A DNA stretch of 63,902 nucleotides, filler included, from Craspedostauros australis (taxonomy: Eukaryota), in NCBI GenBank assembly GCA_030167865.1. It is 6 parts of 6 records of this genome, joined end to end, with 100 filler letters (N's around TTAATTAATTAA, not from the genome) between each part and the next. Parts side by side here need not be neighbours in the genome. Positions count along the whole stretch, not along the records: positions 32,593 to 37,378 come from JALAGF010003959.1; positions 37,479 to 42,180 come from JALAGF010003960.1; 4 more parts are not named here. The stretch is one strand, 5' to 3'. Position numbers and translations under genes: made by a program. Shown here piece by piece: positions 32,595-42,280 of this stretch. The notes beneath the pieces are model-generated. The model was not told the origin of the DNA. It searched no databases and saw nothing but the letters and a program-made list of their open reading frames with translations. The first letter of the stretch is position 1, and each line of letters opens with the position of its first letter.

Positions 32595-35024
32595 GACATC
32601 ACGACCGCTCCATCTACGTGGAATACGTACAGACGGCTCTCTGCATCCACGCAACCGTCTGCACCAGGAGCCACTCCTCCCAGCGATGCAACTACTGCAG
32701 CTGACACTACCACCACCAGCAGTGGCAATAGCGGCAACACCAGCAACCAGAGCCTGTCCGCATCCACCAACGAATTCCTTGAGAGCCTGAAGCAACCCAA
32801 CCGCGATCCCAACAGGCAGTACAGCGAGGAGTGCTACCGACTGCTGGAGGCATGGATGCATGTGGCACGGACTCACAAGAGCCATCGTGCTGCCAAGGAT
32901 GGCGAAGCGCTGTTGCTGGCTGTGGAGGATGAGATCATGGAGGGATTGGAGCAAAATCAAATGACGGAATCCAAACAATCCAAACAACCCAATGCTCTGC
33001 GAACATCGCGGTTGCACTACGATCTCATCCTCAATGCGTACGGCTCCTGTTCTGCCTCCGTGGAGGTCGCAGAGTCGGCCGAGCGTTTGTTGGGAGAGAT
33101 GATATCGAATGCTGGGCAGAGGAAGGAAGTTCGACCCAACACCAAGAGCTTCAACATCGTCATTTACTGCTGGGCGAAGAGCAAGTCTCCGGATGCTGCC
33201 ATGCATGTTCAGCGGCTGTATCAGCAGATGCAACGCTACCATCAGGCAGAATGGGGTGATGCATCGTCGCCATCACCTCTGTCATCATCACCGATAGAAG
33301 CGAATGAAAGCACTGTGGCGCATGGTACCACAAACACGGACAATCTCACTCCTACAACTACAGATGCAGCTACGGCTACAACTACAGCTACGGCTACAAC
33401 TACAGCTACGGCTACAACTACAGCTACGGCTACAACTACAGCTACGGCTACAACTACAGCTACGGCCACAGCTGAAGGTACCCACGTTGGCAGCAAGCCC
33501 AACGCACGGACCTTGACGGGCGTGCTGGAATCGCTGTCCACCATCGACGAGATTCTCTCCCTCCTCAAGTCGGCCATCGACGAGGCCCAACGTGGCTCCC
33601 ATGAAGCCTTCCCGTTGGATTCGGTGGTCTTCAGCACCGCCATTCGCACCATCTCTCAAAACCATCGCACCCGCAGCGGCGCAACGGCCGCCGAGAGCAT
33701 CCTGCGCATGCTGGAGGGATACGCTGATTCTGTGGGACTGACGAGGGCAACATCCGTCACTGCCAACTCTCAAATCTACTCCATGGTGCTACATGCATGG
33801 GCGCAGTGCGAATCCACGGAACACCGTGGCGATGCCGCTCAGCGCGCGCAGGATATCCTGGTGCACATGGTGGAAGGCTACAAGCAGGGCAAGAACCAGA
33901 AGCCCAACACCCGGAGCTTCACCACATGCATCGGCGCATGGTCCCATTGCGCAAAGAATGTCCCGCATGCAGCCGTCAGGGCGGAGCAACTGCTGGATAC
34001 TCTGCTGGCATTGCACGAGGCATTCCCCGATGACACGGACTTTGCTCCAGACACGTCGATTGGGAATGCTGTGCTGTCGGCATGGTCAAGGTCCGACCAA
34101 TCGATTGATCATGTGCTGAGGGCGTTCGACAAGCTGAAGACATTCGCACGGCCTGATCTGTTCAGCTACAACTGCCTGTTGCACGCGCACAGCAGGAAAG
34201 GCGATGTTCCATCCGCGCTGGCCTTGTTGGATTGGATGGAGGGAGTGGAACAAGCAGCTGATGGTGGTACCGACTACGATGGTGGCGAAGACAGCGATGG
34301 CCAAAGCAGCATTCGAATCATGCCAGACACACTGTCCTACAACAACGTCATGAGCGCCATCGCAAACAGCAGGAGCAACAGTGGCAGCAGCAGTAGAAGT
34401 AGTGAAAGTGACGCATCTGCCTGTGATCCTGAAGAACTGCTGCGACGGATGCTATCCAACAACATCTCACCCAGCATCATCACATACACCTCTCTCCTTC
34501 GTGCGCTGGATGACGTGGACAGGGCCATGGAGTACTTGGAGGATGACATGATCCCCGATCCTCGACTCCAGCCTGATCATGTCACGTTCGATGTGATGGT
34601 GAGGAAATGCAGCAACGCCATCAACAACGGAGACTCGGTTGACACAAGGTCGCATCTGCAAATGTTGGACCGATTGCTGCAATACATGAAGCCGGTCCCC
34701 AAACTTCGTGATTCCATCTTTTGCAACATGATCCAGACGTGCAGCGCCGGACTCGCATCGGCCGGGAGGGACGGCAGCAGCAACCGTCATGGCGATGACA
34801 TGGCCGACGAAGAGAGAAGACACGAGGAGTGGATACAGCATGTGGCACCTGTTGTGGCCGAATGCAAGCGACGAGGAGTCGTGTCCAGAAAGGTGCTGAT
34901 GCTGCTGAGGAGGGGCAGTATTCGACCATCACGATCGACCATGGAACGAGTCCTTGGAACGGCTGATACTCATTCGATGCCGAGAGAATGGAGCCGGAAC
35001 GTCCCACGGCAGCACCGTCCATAG
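32595..35024 (+). CDS. Pentatricopeptide repeat (PPR) protein, 5' partial, copy/allele 1
   Basis: Repeats RPNTKSFNIVIYCWAKS, KPNTRSFTTCIGAWS, RPDLFSYNCLLHAHSRKG, MPDTLSYNNVMSA, SPSIITYTSLL and QPDHVTFDVMV; C-terminal PREWSRNV. The frame is open back to the gap. Confidence 0.88.
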   Translation, partial: DITTAPSTWNTYRRLSASTQPSAPGATPPSDATTAADTTTTSSGNSGNTSNQSLSASTNEFLESLKQPNRDPNRQYSEECYRLLEAWMHVARTHKSHRAAKDGEALLLAVEDEIMEGLEQNQMTESKQSKQPNALRTSRLHYDLILNAYGSCSASVEVAESAERLLGEMISNAGQRKEVRPNTKSFNIVIYCWAKSKSPDAAMHVQRLYQQMQRYHQAEWGDASSPSPLSSSPIEANESTVAHGTTNTDNLTPTTTDAATATTTATATTTATATTTATATTTATATTTATATAEGTHVGSKPNARTLTGVLESLSTIDEILSLLKSAIDEAQRGSHEAFPLDSVVFSTAIRTISQNHRTRSGATAAESILRMLEGYADSVGLTRATSVTANSQIYSMVLHAWAQCESTEHRGDAAQRAQDILVHMVEGYKQGKNQKPNTRSFTTCIGAWSHCAKNVPHAAVRAEQLLDTLLALHEAFPDDTDFAPDTSIGNAVLSAWSRSDQSIDHVLRAFDKLKTFARPDLFSYNCLLHAHSRKGDVPSALALLDWMEGVEQAADGGTDYDGGEDSDGQSSIRIMPDTLSYNNVMSAIANSRSNSGSSSRSSESDASACDPEELLRRMLSNNISPSIITYTSLLRALDDVDRAMEYLEDDMIPDPRLQPDHVTFDVMVRKCSNAINNGDSVDTRSHLQMLDRLLQYMKPVPKLRDSIFCNMIQTCSAGLASAGRDGSSNRHGDDMADEERRHEEWIQHVAPVVAECKRRGVVSRKVLMLLRRGSIRPSRSTMERVLGTADTHSMPREWSRNVPRQHRP
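33366..33473 (+). repeat. In-frame 18-nt minisatellite (ACAGCTACGGCTACAACT, about 6 units) encoding TATATT
   Basis: Five near-perfect units plus one degenerate unit. The array is collapsed in the second copy (~38250-38277). Confidence 0.93.
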
Positions 35025-35109
35025 ATCTAACTGCAAACAAGCCACCTCGCAACGACAGCCAATACTCTTCACAGAAATCTACATTTTCGCAGTGATGGGT
35101 GAGTGCAAA

Positions 35110-37260
35110 CTACAGCTTCTGCTTCTTCTGTTTCTTCTTCGTGCGAGTATCTCCATTCACGTCAGAGGTGCTGTCGCTGTTGTCACCATGGTGATTGCTG
35201 CTGCCATTCTTTTTGCCACCACTGCCACCACCGCCATGGGTTCCGCCCACGTGCACGTCCACGTCCATGTTCATGTTCGTGTCTATGTTCATGGGCACTG
35301 TCTGGACGACGAAGTCCTCAGCTGACAGAATGTCTTGATCCTTCTTCAGCCGGGTAGACAGCGCGGCCTTCTCGTACGTCTCCATCAAATCCCCAGGCTC
35401 CGCCATGTCCAACCACCGCGTTTTGACCTGATAGACACTCCGATTGGGAAAGTACTCACGTGCGTACTGCGTCCAACGAATGGGCTCGATGGCTTGCGTC
35501 TTCTTCTTCTCTCTCCGTTCAAGTATCGTCCTCCTCACGAGCTCATCCTCGGCCTCCGTAAACCCTGCGCATGAGTTGATATCAGGATTGAGAGAGCGAT
35601 TCCACTTGGCCGACACCATGGTGGGATTCCTGTTGGGGAAGTGGTAGAGATTGGCCTTCAATGTCGGCGATGGATCGTTCTTGTATGCCTTCATGCACAG
35701 CGCCAGTCTGCGCTGATCATCCTTGTTCCACTGGCTGTGATCGAGGGATGGGTTCAAGAGCGATTGGTTGATCCGGGCCAGAATCTGCTTGATGTTCTTG
35801 GTGTGACCGAGCATCGCAGACACCGTCATGACTCCATGAAAATCCAGCACATGCTGAGGACCGAGCGCGGCCATGGTTGCGAGCATGACGCGGTCTTCCT
35901 CGATGGTCCAGTCTGCGTGGATGGGCTTGAGCTGCGTTTCGTAGGCGTGGAGGCAATCCCACGCAGTCAGCTTGCTCTTCGATTCTTCATGTATTTCTGG
36001 TTCTGCTTGCGTTCCTGCTGTTGGCGGCGATGAGGCTCGCAAGCGATTGATGGACTCAGCGACTTGCTCCCAATCCAGCACGCAGTGTCGTTGGCTGGCA
36101 TTCACATTCCGTCGTTCTTTGTCTACTCGCGACTGTGATTGTGGATGAACCGACGTGAGGTTTGCATCTGCACCTTCCCCACTCTTCTCGTTGCGACGAT
36201 TCTGCTCTTTGCGTGCTTCTGCCATGTGTACCATCTCGAGCATGAGGAGGCTCTCCTGCTTGTTCAACTTTGGTGTTGGATCCATGGTGATGAACTGGTA
36301 GCGCATCCGGTACTCTTCCATCGACCTTTCGCTGATCTTGGTAGCAGGCTTCTTGCCCCGGTTGAACTGGGCGACTGATTCGATCATCCTGGCATGGAAC
36401 CGATTCCATACGTCGTCAACACCATCCTGAAGGCTTCCACTGTTATCGTCGTCAGCGATGTCATCTGTATTGCTTGCAAATACATCGCGTACCACTGCCC
36501 GAATCAGATCATCCTCCTTGGGCATGAAGGGCGGCGATAGATGATGGAAGAAGGACTCGCGGATCAGTTGCTGTCGCCGGATGAAATCCTCGTTGGGAGC
36601 AGGCATAGAACCGGCGGGATCCACAAAGAAGGTTCGGGTCCACTTGCGATCAGGGTCGTACCGGAACAGATGGCGCCTGATGTAGGAGACGCGCGTTACG
36701 GCACCCGGAACTTCTTCTTGTTGTTGTTCCTGCCGTTGGGATGGCGGTTGTTGCCAGCCATTCTTGTTGCTGCTTCTATGGATGTTGCTGTGGCTGCTAC
36801 TGTGCCTGTCACTGTGGCTGTCACTGTTGTTGTTATTATCGTCACCCTCCTTCGAAGTGCGGCTGGTTACTGCCAACGACGCAGCGTTCCCAGTGGGTGG
36901 CGTCTTGCTGTAGCGTTTGCCACTTTGGGGGAACATGTACTTCCATTGGACGAGACTGATGTTCTGCTGCTGCTCCATGTCTATCCCTTCTTCGTTCCCT
37001 TCATCATCAATGGCATCCCAATGCAGCCGAATCTGTTGGATGCATTGCGCTGCCTTGCGTCTGTTCTCCGTTTTCTGCTTTGCAACAAGCTGCAGCGCTT
37101 CCAGGATCTTGGTCTGTGCCTTGCGGTTGGCAGTCAGCGACTCTTGGATAGAGCTCTTGACCTTGTCTGGGATGCCATTCTGCTTCCGTTGCAGCTGGGC
37201 TTGTGATCGTGGGAGACGACTGCCACTTTTGAGTGCGATGCGTCTGGAACGGCTCGCCAT
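35110..37260 (-). CDS. Multi-repeat Myb protein, SNAPc subunit 4 (SNAP190)-like, copy/allele 1
   Basis: N-terminal coiled coil (ESLTANRKAQTKILEAL) and tandem Myb-like repeats (LDWEQVA, WTIEEDRVM, LNPSLDHSQWNKDDQ, KWNRSLNPDI..FTEAEDELV, WTQYAREYFPNRSVYQVKTRW). Confidence 0.75.
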   Translation of the reverse strand: MASRSRRIALKSGSRLPRSQAQLQRKQNGIPDKVKSSIQESLTANRKAQTKILEALQLVAKQKTENRRKAAQCIQQIRLHWDAIDDEGNEEGIDMEQQQNISLVQWKYMFPQSGKRYSKTPPTGNAASLAVTSRTSKEGDDNNNNSDSHSDRHSSSHSNIHRSSNKNGWQQPPSQRQEQQQEEVPGAVTRVSYIRRHLFRYDPDRKWTRTFFVDPAGSMPAPNEDFIRRQQLIRESFFHHLSPPFMPKEDDLIRAVVRDVFASNTDDIADDDNSGSLQDGVDDVWNRFHARMIESVAQFNRGKKPATKISERSMEEYRMRYQFITMDPTPKLNKQESLLMLEMVHMAEARKEQNRRNEKSGEGADANLTSVHPQSQSRVDKERRNVNASQRHCVLDWEQVAESINRLRASSPPTAGTQAEPEIHEESKSKLTAWDCLHAYETQLKPIHADWTIEEDRVMLATMAALGPQHVLDFHGVMTVSAMLGHTKNIKQILARINQSLLNPSLDHSQWNKDDQRRLALCMKAYKNDPSPTLKANLYHFPNRNPTMVSAKWNRSLNPDINSCAGFTEAEDELVRRTILERREKKKTQAIEPIRWTQYAREYFPNRSVYQVKTRWLDMAEPGDLMETYEKAALSTRLKKDQDILSAEDFVVQTVPMNIDTNMNMDVDVHVGGTHGGGGSGGKKNGSSNHHGDNSDSTSDVNGDTRTKKKQKKQKL

Positions 37261-37378
37261 TGTCAACAGCTATCTGTCCGTATGGAGATGGATGGTTGAT
37301 TGGATGGTTATGTGAAGAATTGATGATGGATGATGATGGATGAAGATGGGCGATGACGATGGGAGGTGTTGCCCAGAA

Positions 37379-37478
37379 NNNNNNNNNNNNNNNNNNNNNN
37401 NNNNNNNNNNNNNNNNNNNNNNTTAATTAATTAANNNNNNNNNNNNNNNNNNNNNNNNNNNNNNNNNNNNNNNNNNNN
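37379..37478. other. Artificial contig linker/gap
   Basis: N-TTAATTAATTAA-N, 100 nt. Confidence 0.97.
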
Positions 37479-37480
37479 CT

Positions 37481-39826
37481 GACATCACGACCGCTCCATC
37501 TACGTGGAATACGTACAGACGGCTCTCTGCATCCACGCAACCGTCTGCACCAGGAGCCACTCCTCCCAGCGATGCAACTACTGCAGCTGACACTACCACC
37601 ACCAGCAGTGGCAATAGCGGCAACACCAGCAACCAGAGCCTGTCCGCATCCACCAACGAATTCCTTGAGAGCCTGAAGCAACCCAACCGCGATCCCAACA
37701 GGCAGTACAGCGAGGAGTGCTACCGACTGCTGGAGGCATGGATGCATGTGGCACGGACTCACAAGAGCCATCGTGCTGCCAAGGATGGCGAAGCGCTGTT
37801 GCTGGCTGTGGAGGATGAGATCATGGAGGGATTGGAGCAAAATCAAATGACGGAATCCAAACAATCCAAACAACCCAATGCTCTGCGAACATCGCGGTTG
37901 CACTACGATCTCATCCTCAATGCGTACGGCTCCTGTTCTGCCTCCGTGGAGGTCGCAGAGTCGGCCGAGCGTTTGTTGGGAGAGATGATATCGAATGCTG
38001 GGCAGAGGAAGGAAGTTCGACCCAACACCAAGAGCTTCAACATCGTCATTTACTGCTGGGCGAAGAGCAAGTCTCCGGATGCTGCCATGCATGTTCAGCG
38101 GCTGTATCAGCAGATGCAACGCTACCATCAGACAGAATGGGGTGATGCATCATCGCCACCACCTCTGTCATCATCACCGATGGAAGCGAATGAAAGCACT
38201 GTGGCGCATGGTACCACAAGCACGGACAATCTCACTCCTACAACTACAGATGCAGCTACAGCTACGGCCACAGCTGAAGGCACCCACGTTGGCAGCAAGC
38301 CCAACGCACGGACCTTGACGGGCGTGCTGGAATCGCTGTCCACCATCGACGAGATTCTCTCCCTCCTCAAGTCGGCCATCGACGAGGCCCAACGTGGCTC
38401 CCATGAAGCCTTCCCGTTGGATTCGGTGGTCTTCAGCACCGCCATTCGCACCATCTCTCAAAACCATCGCACCCGCAGCGGCGCAACGGCCGCCGAGAGC
38501 ATCCTGCGCATGCTGGAGGGATACGCTGATTCTGTGGGACTGACGAGGGCAACATCCGTCACTGCCAACTCTCAAATCTACTCCATGGTGCTACATGCAT
38601 GGGCGCAGTGCGAATCCACGGAACACCGTGGCGATGCCGCTCAGCGCGCGCAGGATATCCTGGTGCACATGGTGGAAGGCTACAAGCAGGGCAAGAACCA
38701 GAAGCCCAACACCCGGAGCTTCACCACATGCATCGGCGCATGGTCCCATTGCGCAAAGAATGTCCCGCATGCAGCCGTCAGGGCGGAGCAACTGCTGGAT
38801 ACTCTGCTGGCATTGCACGAGGCATTCCCCGATGACACGGACTTTGCTCCAGACACGTCGATTGGGAATGCTGTGCTGTCGGCATGGTCAAGGTCCGACC
38901 AATCGATTGATCATGTGCTGAGGGCGTTCGACAAGCTGAAGACATTCGCACGGCCTGATCTGTTCAGCTACAACTGCCTGTTGCACGCGCACAGCAGGAA
39001 AGGCGATGTTCCATCCGCGCTGGCCTTGTTGGATTGGATGGAGGGAGTGGAACAAGCAGCTGATGGTGGTACCGACTACGATGGTGGCGAAGACAGCGAT
39101 GGCCAAAGCAGCATTCGAATCATGCCAGACACACTGTCCTACAACAACGTCATGAGCGCCATCGCAAACAGCAGGAGCAACAGTGGCAGCAGCAGTAGAA
39201 GTAGTGAAAGTGACGCATCTGCCTGTGATCCTGAAGAACTGCTGCGACGGATGCTATCCAACAACATCTCACCCAGCATCATCACATACACCTCTCTCCT
39301 TCGTGCGCTGGATGACGTGGACAGGGCCATGGAGTACTTGGAGGATGACATGATCCCCGATCCTCGACTCCAGCCTGATCATGTCACGTTCGATGTGATG
39401 GTGAGGAAATGCAGCAACGCCATCAACAACGGAGACTCGGTTGACACAAGGTCGCATCTGCAAATGTTGGACCGATTGCTGCAATACATGAAGCCGGTCC
39501 CCAAACTTCGTGATTCCATCTTTTGCAACATGATCCAGACGTGCAGCGCCGGACTCGCATCGGCCGGGAGGGACGGCAGCAGCAACCGTCATGGCGATGA
39601 CATGGCCGACGAAGAGAGAAGACACGAGGAGTGGATACAGCATGTGGCACCTGTTGTGGCCGAATGCAAGCGACGAGGAGTCGTGTCCAGAAAGGTGCTG
39701 ATGCTGCTGAGGAGGGGCAGTATTCGACCATCACGATCGACCATGGAACGAGTCCTTGGAACGGCTGATACTCATTCGATGCCGAGAGAATGGAGCCGGA
39801 ACGTCCCACGGCAGCACCGTCCATAG
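37481..39826 (+). CDS. PPR protein, 5' partial, copy/allele 2
   Basis: Same as 32595-35024 apart from a 28-aa shorter Thr/Ala tract and four nearby amino-acid substitutions. Confidence 0.88.
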   Translation, partial: DITTAPSTWNTYRRLSASTQPSAPGATPPSDATTAADTTTTSSGNSGNTSNQSLSASTNEFLESLKQPNRDPNRQYSEECYRLLEAWMHVARTHKSHRAAKDGEALLLAVEDEIMEGLEQNQMTESKQSKQPNALRTSRLHYDLILNAYGSCSASVEVAESAERLLGEMISNAGQRKEVRPNTKSFNIVIYCWAKSKSPDAAMHVQRLYQQMQRYHQTEWGDASSPPPLSSSPMEANESTVAHGTTSTDNLTPTTTDAATATATAEGTHVGSKPNARTLTGVLESLSTIDEILSLLKSAIDEAQRGSHEAFPLDSVVFSTAIRTISQNHRTRSGATAAESILRMLEGYADSVGLTRATSVTANSQIYSMVLHAWAQCESTEHRGDAAQRAQDILVHMVEGYKQGKNQKPNTRSFTTCIGAWSHCAKNVPHAAVRAEQLLDTLLALHEAFPDDTDFAPDTSIGNAVLSAWSRSDQSIDHVLRAFDKLKTFARPDLFSYNCLLHAHSRKGDVPSALALLDWMEGVEQAADGGTDYDGGEDSDGQSSIRIMPDTLSYNNVMSAIANSRSNSGSSSRSSESDASACDPEELLRRMLSNNISPSIITYTSLLRALDDVDRAMEYLEDDMIPDPRLQPDHVTFDVMVRKCSNAINNGDSVDTRSHLQMLDRLLQYMKPVPKLRDSIFCNMIQTCSAGLASAGRDGSSNRHGDDMADEERRHEEWIQHVAPVVAECKRRGVVSRKVLMLLRRGSIRPSRSTMERVLGTADTHSMPREWSRNVPRQHRP

Positions 39827-39911
39827 ATCTAACTGCAAACAAGCCACCTCGCAACGACAGCCAATACTCTTCACAGAAATCTACATTTTCGCAGTGATGG
39901 GTGAGTGCAAA

Positions 39912-42062
39912 CTACAGCTTCTGCTTCTTCTGTTTCTTCTTCGTGCGAGTATCTCCATTCACGTCAGAGGTGCTGTCGCTGTTGTCACCATGGTGATTGC
40001 TGCTGCCATTCTTTTTGCCACCACTGCCACCACCGCCATGGGTTCCGCCCACGTGCACGTCCACGTCCATGTTCATGTTCGTGTCTATGTTCATGGGCAC
40101 TGTCTGGACGACGAAGTCCTCAGCTGACAGAATGTCTTGATCCTTCTTCAGCCGGGTAGACAGCGCGGCCTTCTCGTACGTCTCCATCAAATCCCCAGGC
40201 TCCGCCATGTCCAACCACCGCGTTTTGACCTGATAGACACTCCGATTGGGAAAGTACTCACGTGCGTACTGCGTCCAACGAATGGGCTCGATGGCTTGCG
40301 TCTTCTTCTTCTCTCTCCGTTCAAGTATCGTCCTCCTCACGAGCTCATCCTCGGCCTCCGTAAACCCTGCGCATGAGTTGATATCAGGATTGAGAGAGCG
40401 ATTCCACTTGGCCGACACCATGGTGGGATTCCTGTTGGGGAAGTGGTAGAGATTGGCCTTCAATGTCGGCGATGGATCGTTCTTGTATGCCTTCATGCAC
40501 AGCGCCAGTCTGCGCTGATCATCCTTGTTCCACTGGCTGTGATCGAGGGATGGGTTCAAGAGCGATTGGTTGATCCGGGCCAGAATCTGCTTGATGTTCT
40601 TGGTGTGACCGAGCATCGCAGACACCGTCATGACTCCATGAAAATCCAGCACATGCTGAGGACCGAGCGCGGCCATGGTTGCGAGCATGACGCGGTCTTC
40701 CTCGATGGTCCAGTCTGCGTGGATGGGCTTGAGCTGCGTTTCGTAGGCGTGGAGGCAATCCCACGCAGTCAGCTTGCTCTTCGATTCTTCATGTATTTCT
40801 GGTTCTGCTTGCGTTCCTGCTGTTGGCGGCGATGAGGCTCGCAAGCGATTGATGGACTCAGCGACTTGCTCCCAATCCAGCACGCAGTGTCGTTGGCTGG
40901 CATTCACATTCCGTCGTTCTTTGTCTACTCGCGACTGTGATTGTGGATGAACCGACGTGAGGTTTGCATCTGCACCTTCCCCACTCTTCTCGTTGCGACG
41001 ATTCTGCTCTTTGCGTGCTTCTGCCATGTGTACCATCTCGAGCATGAGGAGGCTCTCCTGCTTGTTCAACTTTGGTGTTGGATCCATGGTGATGAACTGG
41101 TAGCGCATCCGGTACTCTTCCATCGACCTTTCGCTGATCTTGGTAGCAGGCTTCTTGCCCCGGTTGAACTGGGCGACTGATTCGATCATCCTGGCATGGA
41201 ACCGATTCCATACGTCGTCAACACCATCCTGAAGGCTTCCACTGTTATCGTCGTCAGCGATGTCATCTGTATTGCTTGCAAATACATCGCGTACCACTGC
41301 CCGAATCAGATCATCCTCCTTGGGCATGAAGGGCGGCGATAGATGATGGAAGAAGGACTCGCGGATCAGTTGCTGTCGCCGGATGAAATCCTCGTTGGGA
41401 GCAGGCATAGAACCGGCGGGATCCACAAAGAAGGTTCGGGTCCACTTGCGATCAGGGTCGTACCGGAACAGATGGCGCCTGATGTAGGAGACGCGCGTTA
41501 CGGCACCCGGAACTTCTTCTTGTTGTTGTTCCTGCCGTTGGGATGGCGGTTGTTGCCAGCCATTCTTGTTGCTGCTTCTATGGATGTTGCTGTGGCTGCT
41601 ACTGTGCCTGTCACTGTGGCTGTCACTGTTGTTGTTATTATCGTCACCCTCCTTCGAAGTGCGGCTGGTTACTGCCAACGACGCAGCGTTCCCAGTGGGT
41701 GGCGTCTTGCTGTAGCGTTTGCCACTTTGGGGGAACATGTACTTCCATTGGACGAGACTGATGTTCTGCTGCTGCTCCATGTCTATCCCTTCTTCGTTCC
41801 CTTCATCATCAATGGCATCCCAATGCAGCCGAATCTGTTGGATGCATTGCGCTGCCTTGCGTCTGTTCTCCGTTTTCTGCTTTGCAACAAGCTGCAGCGC
41901 TTCCAGGATCTTGGTCTGTGCCTTGCGGTTGGCAGTCAGCGACTCTTGGATAGAGCTCTTGACCTTGTCTGGGATGCCATTCTGCTTCCGTTGCAGCTGG
42001 GCTTGTGATCGTGGGAGACGACTGCCACTTTTGAGTGCGATGCGTCTGGAACGGCTCGCCAT
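39912..42062 (-). CDS. Multi-repeat Myb protein, SNAPc4-like, copy/allele 2
   Basis: The translation appears identical to 35110-37260. Confidence 0.75.
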   Translation of the reverse strand: MASRSRRIALKSGSRLPRSQAQLQRKQNGIPDKVKSSIQESLTANRKAQTKILEALQLVAKQKTENRRKAAQCIQQIRLHWDAIDDEGNEEGIDMEQQQNISLVQWKYMFPQSGKRYSKTPPTGNAASLAVTSRTSKEGDDNNNNSDSHSDRHSSSHSNIHRSSNKNGWQQPPSQRQEQQQEEVPGAVTRVSYIRRHLFRYDPDRKWTRTFFVDPAGSMPAPNEDFIRRQQLIRESFFHHLSPPFMPKEDDLIRAVVRDVFASNTDDIADDDNSGSLQDGVDDVWNRFHARMIESVAQFNRGKKPATKISERSMEEYRMRYQFITMDPTPKLNKQESLLMLEMVHMAEARKEQNRRNEKSGEGADANLTSVHPQSQSRVDKERRNVNASQRHCVLDWEQVAESINRLRASSPPTAGTQAEPEIHEESKSKLTAWDCLHAYETQLKPIHADWTIEEDRVMLATMAALGPQHVLDFHGVMTVSAMLGHTKNIKQILARINQSLLNPSLDHSQWNKDDQRRLALCMKAYKNDPSPTLKANLYHFPNRNPTMVSAKWNRSLNPDINSCAGFTEAEDELVRRTILERREKKKTQAIEPIRWTQYAREYFPNRSVYQVKTRWLDMAEPGDLMETYEKAALSTRLKKDQDILSAEDFVVQTVPMNIDTNMNMDVDVHVGGTHGGGGSGGKKNGSSNHHGDNSDSTSDVNGDTRTKKKQKKQKL

Positions 42063-42180
42063 TGTCAACAGCTATCTGTCCGTATGGAGATGGATGGTTG
42101 ATTGGATGGTTATGTGAAGAATTGATGATGGATGATGATGGATGAAGATGGGCGATGACGATGGGAGGTGTTGCCCAGAA

Positions 42181-42280
42181 NNNNNNNNNNNNNNNNNNNN
42201 NNNNNNNNNNNNNNNNNNNNNNNNTTAATTAATTAANNNNNNNNNNNNNNNNNNNNNNNNNNNNNNNNNNNNNNNNNNNN
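42181..42280. other. Artificial contig linker/gap
   Basis: N-TTAATTAATTAA-N, 100 nt. Confidence 0.97.

Larger units (their letters stand above)
37479..42180 (+). repeat. Near-identical second copy of segment 32593-37378 (probable alternative haplotype)
   Basis: Same first (ctgacatcacg) and last (gcccagaa) bases; 4702 vs 4786 nt. The differences I saw are confined to about 250 nt of the PPR gene. Confidence 0.93.

Noticed and set aside
33366..33473. CRISPR-like array
   Set aside because: Head-to-tail 18-nt units without spacers, in frame within a CDS.
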